The notes under the pieces are model-generated. The model was not told the DNA's origin, searched no databases, and saw only the letters and a program-made list of their open reading frames with translations. Source: a virus (Duplodnaviria > Caudoviricetes). From it: a stretch of DNA of 58,054 bases. This document shows, in pieces, positions 1-8,600 of this stretch (its first letter is position 1; each line of letters begins with the position of its first letter). The DNA lies in IMG/VR virus record IMGVR_UViG_3300032234_000118, positions 1-58,054 of that record, one strand, 5' to 3'. A program made the position numbers and the translations under genes.

Positions 1-1
1 C

Positions 2-1381
2 TGTTTAGATTGTAATTGTTATAGGGTTAGATTTAAACCTGCAAATATACCAGGTGGTTCAGGAAGTACAACTATTTCATACTATACATGTAATGATAGC
101 GGAGCAGCTCCATTACCTGTGGGCGGAACATATGAAGTACCTAATGATGGTAGTTGGGGTGAAAAGGTATGTGCTAGGGATTTTGTATTTCTTACAAATG
201 TATATGAAATGCAAAGTGTAGGCGCATGTGACTCAGATGCTAATCCTATTTCACCAACCTATACATGTCCTAATTATTATACATTAGTAAGCTGTAAAAA
301 CCCAGCTGTTACAATATGTGTTAACAATGATTTAAGTCAATATTTAGGAAGTATAGTTGTTATAAATGGTAACCCAAATAATTGTTACTATGTACAAGAA
401 TCTACTGAACCATGCCTAGAACCTGTTAACGTAACTATAGTAGAATCATTTGCAACATGTGAAGAGTGTCAGCAAGAGACATTTTACCAATTATCTAATT
501 GTGATAATCCAAGTATAATAATATATACTCCAACAGATTTTTCTGCTAATGTAGGTCAAATTATTACAGTAAGTGAATACCCTGATGATTGTTGGTCAGT
601 AACTGAAGTAACAAGTGCTCTTGATCCTATTGCATTAACTTTAGTAAATAGTTTTGCTACTTGTGAAGAATGTCAACAAGTGTATTACTTACTTGAAGAT
701 TGTTTATCTGAAAATCCAAACATAATTACAGGAACTGATTTGTCAGCTTATGTAGGTCAAGTTATTACTTTACCTTACTGTCCTGATGTTTGTTGGGAAG
801 TAAGTGTAGCAGATACTAGTGTAGGAGCTGAGGCTGTAAGTGTAGGTTCAACATTTATTGATTGTGATGAATGTTTAGCTAATTTATTATGTTTATGTAG
901 TACAGTAACTAATACATCTAATACAGCAATTACATATGAGTATTATGATTGTGGATTAAAATCACAAGTTATTCGTGTAGAAGGTCAAGCAACAAGTCCT
1001 AAACTTTGTGTAAGAAAGTGGGTAACTACTGACAATGCAATATTTAATTATTATGGGGAATGTGTAGATGACAAATGTCCAGTTATACTTCCTCCAAAAA
1101 GAACAGTTACTCCAGGTTATAATACACCAGGGTGTTCTATAGAAAAGTATGAAAAGTATATGTGTAACTTCTCAGAAGGTATATACATGCAAGTTATGGT
1201 AGACAAGTATGGTATAGAGCCATGTTGTGGTGATGACAGTTATAAGTGGGAAATAAAGAAAGAACTTATTGAGTTAAAAGCAATAGAAGATCCAGATTAT
1301 GTTTGTATGTATTTAGATCCATGCGGATGTACTACAGGCCTTGGAGCACTGACAAGTTGCATTCCACCCACTCAAGTTTAG
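2..1381 (+). CDS. Cysteine-rich repeat virion protein (fibre/decoration-like), 5'-truncated by the window
   Basis: The frame is open from nt 2 (CLDCNCYRVRF...), so the listed start at 119 is internal. Three internal repeats ending CEEC/CEEC/CDEC; lies in the structural block. Confidence 0.7.
   Translation, partial: CLDCNCYRVRFKPANIPGGSGSTTISYYTCNDSGAAPLPVGGTYEVPNDGSWGEKVCARDFVFLTNVYEMQSVGACDSDANPISPTYTCPNYYTLVSCKNPAVTICVNNDLSQYLGSIVVINGNPNNCYYVQESTEPCLEPVNVTIVESFATCEECQQETFYQLSNCDNPSIIIYTPTDFSANVGQIITVSEYPDDCWSVTEVTSALDPIALTLVNSFATCEECQQVYYLLEDCLSENPNIITGTDLSAYVGQVITLPYCPDVCWEVSVADTSVGAEAVSVGSTFIDCDECLANLLCLCSTVTNTSNTAITYEYYDCGLKSQVIRVEGQATSPKLCVRKWVTTDNAIFNYYGECVDDKCPVILPPKRTVTPGYNTPGCSIEKYEKYMCNFSEGIYMQVMVDKYGIEPCCGDDSYKWEIKKELIELKAIEDPDYVCMYLDPCGCTTGLGALTSCIPPTQV
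275..874 (+). repeat. Three tandem ~67-aa protein repeats (YxLxxC...DxSxxxG...C[WY]xV...FxxCxEC)
   Basis: YYTLVSC..DLSQYLG..CYYV..FATCEEC; FYQLSNC..DFSANVG..CWSV..FATCEEC; YYLLEDC..DLSAYVG..CWEV..FIDCDEC. Confidence 0.9.
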
Positions 1382-1392
1382 GAATAGTAAAT

Positions 1393-1408
1393 AAATTTTG
1401 TTATATTA
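1393..1408 (+). promoter_or_regulatory. Candidate late-promoter motif ATTTT-N-TATATTA
   Basis: aaattttgttatatta just upstream of ATG 1415; similar motifs at 3374-3390 and 11744-11759. Confidence 0.4.
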
Positions 1409-1414
1409 TTATAT

Positions 1415-3019
1415 ATGAAACCTATAAATTTTAATACAGAGACTACAACAATCATATCATCTAATTCGATAGTATGGCAAGGTCCTGATTTACCATGTAT
1501 TAACTTGTGTAAAGGTGATACTATATCTGATATAGTATATAAACTAGCAATTGAGTTATGCAATGTACTTGATTCATTAGATATTAAAAACTATGACTTG
1601 TCATGTTTCAATATCAATTCATGTGCTCCATCTAACTTTCAACAGTTAATACAATTTTTGATTACACAAATTTGTAGTATTCAAGATACCATTAATTCTA
1701 GTACAACTACACCAGTAAGTGGATCATGTCCTGATTGTTTAGTTACTGTTGCTGATTGTTTTGTAAGTGAGTTAGGAACTACAGCTCAGTTAGTAGATTA
1801 TGTAAATGCAGCTGCAACTAAGATTTGTACATTAATACTACAGGTTTCAATCATAAATAGTACTCTTGCTAATTTAAATGCTAGAGTTACTACACTTGAA
1901 GGATACTTCCCGTTACCTGCTCCAGCACAACCACAGATCACACCTGTATGTGTATTACCAGCAACACCAACAAATATAAGTGTAGTGCTTTCTGCATTGG
2001 AAGCTGCCTATTGTGATTTAGTTGCACAGACAGGTACACCTGCAGAATTAATCAATACAATACTATCTCAGTGTGTAGCTGACGGAGATCTTAGAAAAGA
2101 TGGTGGTGGAACAATGAGTTCTATACCTGGATGGTTTTCATCTCCAGTAGCTAATATAGCTGAGTCTATTACTAATATATGGTTGACGGTATGTGATTTG
2201 AGAAATGCTCCTACAGTTACTGTTGCAGTTACAGATAGTCAAACAATTGATATGACTGTAACTGGAGCTCCTGCTTATAGTATTTCTGCAGAAGTAGTAG
2301 ATTCAGGATGGCACGATTTAGAAGGATTTGATTACTATTCTGGAGCAATGTTGGCTAGTAAGCCTAAAGCACGAAGAGTAGGCAATGTAATTCATTTTAA
2401 AGGACTTGTTTATGTTCCTTTAAGTTCTACTATAGATGGACTAACTTTAGTTCCTCTAACAGCTTCTACAACGTATAACTCAGAACCTACACCATATACT
2501 TTTGGAGGTATTGATGGTACTTATGGAAATGGTGTACAAATAAATGCTGCAGGATTAATTAGTTTTAATCAAAATGTAAATTGTGTTCCTGCTGCTGTAT
2601 GGGCTGGTTCTTTAGATGATCAATACATTCACGGTAATATAATTGCCACTAGAGAGATTAACTTAACAGTAACAAATGGAACTATCTTATCGTCTTTATT
2701 TTATGTGTATGTTACATCAGGAGGTGTTCTGTCTGTAGCTACTCTTAATAATCAAGAGATAAGTTCAACAAGACCTGCAGGTCAAATAGGTAGTGCTCCT
2801 TTAAGATTAATTACAAGTAATGTAAGATCTGGAGAATTTGTTCCTGATTACTTAGGTACTGGTACAGATATCCATAATGGTCCTTCTAATGCTAACTTCC
2901 CATTACTTTCAGATGTAACTGGAGACACTTGGCCTTTTAGCTGTGATGCTGGTAATCAAAATCAGATAGGAGGATTTACTTTTAAATTAGATGGTTTAAT
3001 GGCTTATGTAGCCCCTTAA
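1415..3019 (+). CDS. Cys-rich tail fibre/spike-like protein
   Basis: N-terminal half has Cys-studded helical repeats and a heptad segment (INSTLANLNARVTTLE). The C-terminal beta-rich domain begins DSGWHDL..ARRVGNVIHFKG, typical of fibre tip domains. Confidence 0.6.
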   Translation: MKPINFNTETTTIISSNSIVWQGPDLPCINLCKGDTISDIVYKLAIELCNVLDSLDIKNYDLSCFNINSCAPSNFQQLIQFLITQICSIQDTINSSTTTPVSGSCPDCLVTVADCFVSELGTTAQLVDYVNAAATKICTLILQVSIINSTLANLNARVTTLEGYFPLPAPAQPQITPVCVLPATPTNISVVLSALEAAYCDLVAQTGTPAELINTILSQCVADGDLRKDGGGTMSSIPGWFSSPVANIAESITNIWLTVCDLRNAPTVTVAVTDSQTIDMTVTGAPAYSISAEVVDSGWHDLEGFDYYSGAMLASKPKARRVGNVIHFKGLVYVPLSSTIDGLTLVPLTASTTYNSEPTPYTFGGIDGTYGNGVQINAAGLISFNQNVNCVPAAVWAGSLDDQYIHGNIIATREINLTVTNGTILSSLFYVYVTSGGVLSVATLNNQEISSTRPAGQIGSAPLRLITSNVRSGEFVPDYLGTGTDIHNGPSNANFPLLSDVTGDTWPFSCDAGNQNQIGGFTFKLDGLMAYVAP

Positions 3020-3030
3020 TATTTTTAGAA

Positions 3031-3276
3031 ATGGCTTGTACAAATAATAACTGTAAATGTGAAAACCAACCTTGTGGATGTGCTGATACTCCAATTGTAA
3101 CTCCTCTTCCATGTAACCCTATTGGCTGTCCTGAACCTTATCCATGTAGTGAGATAATGGATGCGCAATGTGTTATCTATACTGGTCCAGATATAGTTTG
3201 TGGACAAACTACTGTAGTTCCTACAAATACTAATATGGCAGACGCACTTGCTGCAATAGTAGCATACTTCTGCTAA
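3031..3276 (+). CDS. Small Cys-rich virion-associated protein
   Basis: 81 aa, very Cys-rich. CVIYTGPDIVC resembles SIVWQGPDLPC in the upstream gene. Confidence 0.7.
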   Translation: MACTNNNCKCENQPCGCADTPIVTPLPCNPIGCPEPYPCSEIMDAQCVIYTGPDIVCGQTTVVPTNTNMADALAAIVAYFC

Positions 3277-3313
3277 TAAGAATGTCGCAGTTTGTTGGTT
3301 TACTGTGATTGAC

Positions 3314-3352
3314 AAAAGAGGCCCTAGTGTAACATCTAGGGCTTTCTATTTT
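3314..3352 (+). terminator. Intrinsic terminator, possibly bidirectional
   Basis: aaaagag-gccctag-tgtaacat-ctagggc-tttctatttt. Confidence 0.7.
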
Positions 3353-3355
3353 TAG

Positions 3356-3390
3356 TATATTTGCTAATGAAGATAATTTTTCGTATATTA
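3356..3390 (+). promoter_or_regulatory. Promoter region: Bacteroidota -7 box TATATTTG plus ATTTTT-CG-TATATTA motif
   Basis: tatatttg at 3356-3363 matches TAnnTTTG; taatttttcgtatatta at 3374-3390; lies between a terminator and ATG 3402. Confidence 0.5.
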
Positions 3391-3401
3391 AATAATATAG
3401 C

Positions 3402-3989
3402 ATGGTTAGAGCATTTAAGAAACCAGATTTAAAGGGACCTAGGTTTAGAGAAAAGAGTGTAAAGGTACTAACGTTAGATCTCTATAAAAGATTCAGGTTA
3501 AAATACCCTGAGCATGATATAAGTTTTGAAGAGTTCAAGAAGATAGTTCAAACTTATAATACTAATATATGCGATGGTGTTATTGAACACAGAGATGGTG
3601 TTGAGCTACCAGAAGCATTAGGTTATATATTTATAGGTAGTTGTCCTGCATTGACTAAGAGAATAAATGTAGATTACAAGAAGTCAATACAGTATGGAGT
3701 AGTAACACAGCATAAGAACTGGGCCTCTGACAATAAAACTATGAAGATATTTTTTACTAACCAGTTAGTAAGATATAGGATACAGAATAAACAAATATGG
3801 ATGTTCCTTGCGGGAAGAGACTTTAAAAGGAAAGCATCTAAAATGTATATTGAAGATTACAACAAATACAGAGTAATCAACAATAACAAGAAGGTGTCCA
3901 TGTTATTTAAAATGTATGTGAACGCAATGCGTCAAAGAATGAAGGCAAATATAGTGACTTCAGAAAATTATAATGAATTTGATCTGTAG
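3402..3989 (+). CDS. IHF/HU-like DNA-binding protein (crAss-type)
   Basis: Basic 195-aa protein with ISFEEFKKIV..ICDGVIEHRDGVELPEALGYIFI, the IHF-like helix followed by a V-x-LP-xx-LG-x-I strand. Its position before the ring genes matches crAss-like phages. Confidence 0.6.
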   Translation: MVRAFKKPDLKGPRFREKSVKVLTLDLYKRFRLKYPEHDISFEEFKKIVQTYNTNICDGVIEHRDGVELPEALGYIFIGSCPALTKRINVDYKKSIQYGVVTQHKNWASDNKTMKIFFTNQLVRYRIQNKQIWMFLAGRDFKRKASKMYIEDYNKYRVINNNKKVSMLFKMYVNAMRQRMKANIVTSENYNEFDL

Positions 3990-3991
3990 AT

Positions 3992-4663
3992 ATGACAACA
4001 ATTAACGATGCGGTATCAAGAGTAAGAAACACTTTAAAAGGTGTTAATGAAGATGTATTTATGACTGATAGATATATTTACAGTATTATACTTAAGTATG
4101 CTAAGTTATTAGTGCGTAGACAAGATAATGAAAATAAGATATTTAAATTTCAAAGTCTATTTAAAACTATCCAGTGTTTAGAGCTTATTGAAGTAGATAA
4201 GATAGAAGCATGTTGTGAAGGTGTGCAATCTAACTGTAAGATAATGAGAAGTAGGGAAAAGATACCTCAAGTAATTGAGGGAGCATTTGGTCCTATTATA
4301 AGAACAGTATCTTCAATAGATGGATCTAATATTGTATTTAGAACATACCCTACTATATACACCAGGTTAACTAGAGCATCTGGATATAAATATAATAAAA
4401 GCAAGTACTACTGGTACTTAAACGGGTATCTATATCTACCTAATGTAGAGTGGGAAGCAATTAGTGTTACAGCATTATTTGAAGATGATATATCTGTATT
4501 TACTTCTGAGTCAGGAGATGACTGTAATCTAGTTCAAGATTCACCAATGCCTATACCAGAGTATCTATTTGCAGAAATAGAACAGTTTGCTGTAAAGGAA
4601 ATATTAACGTTAGGATCAGTTCCTGTTGATGCAGCGGATGATAAACAAAATATATTGAGATAA
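3992..4663 (+). CDS. Tail ring/tubular protein (P22 gp4-like)
   Basis: N-terminal helix TINDAVSRVRNTL, YYWYLNGYLYLPN, C-terminal PIPEYLFAEIE; size and position fit. Confidence 0.6.
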   Translation: MTTINDAVSRVRNTLKGVNEDVFMTDRYIYSIILKYAKLLVRRQDNENKIFKFQSLFKTIQCLELIEVDKIEACCEGVQSNCKIMRSREKIPQVIEGAFGPIIRTVSSIDGSNIVFRTYPTIYTRLTRASGYKYNKSKYYWYLNGYLYLPNVEWEAISVTALFEDDISVFTSESGDDCNLVQDSPMPIPEYLFAEIEQFAVKEILTLGSVPVDAADDKQNILR

Positions 4664-5628
4664 TGAGCTACAATTACACACTTAGATATAGAACATTTGA
4701 TCAGTTGATAGCTGACGTAGCTGTTGACTTTGAAATGTATGACTTAGAGAGTATGATACTACCTCAACAGTTAATCAAGGTAGCTAAAAAGATTAACTTT
4801 GATTTAGGCTTACGTGTATATCAAACTAAGGAGGCTATACTAGAAGTTGAGCATGGTAAAGTAAAACTACCTGATAACTTCTATGTATTAAACTTCTCAT
4901 TGCTTTGTGGAGACTATGAAGAGAAAGTATTACTCCCACAAGGTACTCATGTAGAAGAAAGGTTACTTACTCCTGAGTACAAGTGGCAACCTGCTACTGT
5001 AGATACATGTACTATACAAACAGCTACTCCTACATGTAATGTGTGTAACGCAAGTACTGATCCATGTAACTGTACAATACCTACACCGTGTGTACAATTG
5101 GACTGTAAAGGAAATGAATATTCATTAGTTCAAATACTTTCTTATGCGACAAGAAGATACAGGTTTCTTAGACAACTTAAAATTCTGGCTAATCCTATGT
5201 CAGTTGACTGTGATTGCCCTAATCTCTATTGGGATAGTCCTTACTCAGCGTGGATTAAGGACGGTTACTTATACACTAACTTTAGCCACGGTAAAGTCTA
5301 TATTAATTATCAAGGAATGCTGGAGGATGATAATGGTAATTTACTAGTACCAGATCATGACTTGTTAAATGAATACTATGAGTATGCTTTAAAGCAGAGA
5401 GTACTGGAGAATCTAATTATGAATGATGAGACAGTAAGTGCAGTTAAAGTACAACTAATAGAGGACAGATATAGAAAAGCACGTAATGCTGCTAAATCAT
5501 TTGTGAATACACCTAACTATGCAGAGCTTAAAAAGCTATTTGAATCTAATAGGAAGGCTATGTATTACAAATACTATGATATGTTTAAGAGTTACGCTGG
5601 TCCTTGGGGAGCACATCGCGGAGTTTAA
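4663..5628 (+). CDS. Second tail ring/tubular protein with Cys-rich insertion
   Basis: LEVEHGKVKLPDNF..IKDGYLYTNFSHGKVYINYQG..DDNGNLLVPD pattern; TAATG coupling to the previous gene. Confidence 0.6.
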   Translation: MSYNYTLRYRTFDQLIADVAVDFEMYDLESMILPQQLIKVAKKINFDLGLRVYQTKEAILEVEHGKVKLPDNFYVLNFSLLCGDYEEKVLLPQGTHVEERLLTPEYKWQPATVDTCTIQTATPTCNVCNASTDPCNCTIPTPCVQLDCKGNEYSLVQILSYATRRYRFLRQLKILANPMSVDCDCPNLYWDSPYSAWIKDGYLYTNFSHGKVYINYQGMLEDDNGNLLVPDHDLLNEYYEYALKQRVLENLIMNDETVSAVKVQLIEDRYRKARNAAKSFVNTPNYAELKKLFESNRKAMYYKYYDMFKSYAGPWGAHRGV

Positions 5629-5640
5629 TAATATTTTACA

Positions 5641-8600
5641 ATGGCTGAAGAAGAAGCAAAAGCTGGTACTGGTGACACTAAAGCACAGGGGTTTAGTAAA
5701 AACCTTGTAGAGGATGTATCTAATTATTTGACTGATGACAGTTCATGGACTCAGGCTAGGAATGCTATAAACAACTCTAAGACTGGTGATATTGGTTCAT
5801 TGGGTAATGAGCCTGCTAATATATTCTGTACTCAAGCACCATATACAATTATTGGGACTATACATTTGAAGTCTGATGCACACATGATATTCAGTACGGA
5901 TGATAGTAACTCAGAAATAGGGTTGTTCTTTGAAGAGTCTTGTACATACTATACGCTTGTAAATGATCCATGTCTTAGCTTCCTTAGAGCTCAGCTTATT
6001 AGTGGAGTATCTAAAGAGAACTTCCAATGCAGATGGGGTGTCTATTGGTCAGATGGTGTTAACCCTGATAGGACTATTACTATAGATGTAGACAACGTAG
6101 ATGTTAACCTTTATACAAACCCAGAGTCTCCTATACCTTGGATACAAAATTGTACTATAGATTCTAATGGTTGTCAGTTCTGTACTAATACTCCTCAGTT
6201 AGATTGTGATAAACTTAGACTAGAACCTATTGTTCAACAACCTTGTGTAAGAGTACAAAGGAGTGCTAGTGTAGGTGTTATACCTAACGGGTCTTATTAC
6301 GCTGTTATAGCGTATACATTACAAGAGCAACGCATAACTGATTACTGCTTACCTTCTAATGTTCAACCTCTCTTTATACATAAGAATACTGCGTCTTCCC
6401 TTGATATCATTATAGAAGAAATAGACAGCGTTAACTATGATGAGTTTGAGTTAGTCTTAGTTCAGTTCTTTAACGGGCAGACTGTTGCCACCAAAGTAGG
6501 TAATTATAGTACAAGACAGAAAAGAATTACTCTTGACTATATAGATAAAGCATGGCCGCAGATACTACTAGCTAATATACCACTTAGAACTTCTATTGCA
6601 GATAAGTCAGATGCTATATATGAAGCAGGACCTTATATGCTTAGAGTAGGACCTACAGATAAGTTTGATTTTAACTACCAACCTTTAGCTAATAGGATTA
6701 GAACTAAGTGGGTAAATGTAGAGTATCCTGAAGATTACTATAGACAAGGAGGGTCAAACGCAGGATACTTACGTGATGAAGTATATAGCTTCTTTATCAG
6801 ATGGGTATATAATACAGGCGATAAGTCTGCATCATTCCATATTCCTGGAAGACCAGCTACTGTAACTGACGTAGCTCCATTAACTGCTAATGATGCTCTT
6901 AATGCACAGCCAGAATTACAAGCGGGGATTCCTTTAGTAGATATAAAGAACTGGATGGTTAACAATACAGCAACTGTTACTGCAATACCTGGTACACAAT
7001 TATCAGATGGCGGTGTAGTAGTTGCTGAAGGTAATATGGGTTATTGGGAATCTACAGAACTATATGATGATGATACTCCTAATGTATGGAATGCATCAGC
7101 ACATCCTTGGTCAAGTTTAATATCTCCTCCATATGCGGGAACACAGATAAATGATTATGACTTATGTGGTGTACCTGTAAGACATCATAAGTTTCCAGAT
7201 AATGCAACTGACACAGGCACACAGAAGGTGACTAACCACTTTAAGCCAGGCGGGAATGCAATTAGAATCATGGGTGTTAGATTTGACAATGTTGTTCCTC
7301 CTGTAGATAATGCAGGAAATCCTATAACTAATATTGTTGGATATGAAATACTAAGAGGTTCAAGAGTAGGTAATGAAACTGTTATTGCAAAAGGAATGAT
7401 CAATAACATGTTTAAGTTTAATATTAACTCAACTCCTGATACTGGTGATAATGATGCTTCTGTTAACTTAGTAACTAACAGACAAGGATTATATCCTAAT
7501 TATCCATATAATGATTTGAACCCTGATAGATTTATATCTACTACAGCAACAAGTTGGTCAGGCACAGGTTATAATGATCTTAATCCTAACGCAGATTACT
7601 CTAAACAGCATTTTACTTTTCACTCACCAGATACTCAGTTTGTTGATCCATATTTAGCTGCTAGTGAAATAAAAATATATGGTAACTTATATGGAAATAC
7701 AGAAGGAGCTTTTGCATATCCAGATAAGCATCCAAGAGATAAGTTTGTAACAGATACTGCATTCATAGTATCTATTCTAGCAGGTGCAGGTATTGCTACA
7801 TTAGCAATGGTTAAGAAACGTACAGTAACACAAACTACTCCTTACTCAATTAACTTAGGAGGTGTTATAGCTGGACCTGGTATTGTGGGTGCGCAGCCTA
7901 CTGATTTTGGTGTATCTGCAGGAACATATATAACAACAAATGAAGTCACTAACTCAGCACTTCAAACTGTATTACAAAATACAGCATTAGTTACTGCTGC
8001 TTCAGGATTTGATGCTGCTGCCTTAGCATTTAATGCATTGAGTACAGCTAACTTAGGTGCTGCTATAGTTCCAGGAGTTGCAGGTGGGCATTATGAATAT
8101 GCGTCAGAAGAAACTCCGTATAGCTCATTACCTCCAATACTAAGGACAGCAAATAATACTGTGATGTTTTATAACTACCTTACTGAAGGAGTTGATGCTA
8201 CATTAAGATTAATTAAAGCATACAGTAGATATAATCAGTTTGCTTTACAGTATAACTCACATTGTAAGTATACAGGATTTGAAGCACCGCAGGCAACACC
8301 AATTGTAGGACCTCCAGTTGAGATAAATAAAAGAACTGTTATAGATTATGCAAGATATCTTGAGCCTTACTTACAAGACTTTGGAGCAGACTACAGAATT
8401 AATAATTTATATAGAAGTAGGTCAGTAGCATTAGAAACATATAACTTACTAAGAAATCCAACTCAAGATGACAATTCAAGAGCAACAGTAGGTCAAGCTA
8501 ATATATCTTATAATAAGCCTACAACTCCATTTAAGAGAACAGCTTCTTCCCACTATGTAGGATTAAAGCAACCACTTAGAAACCAGTATGGTAAAGTAGA

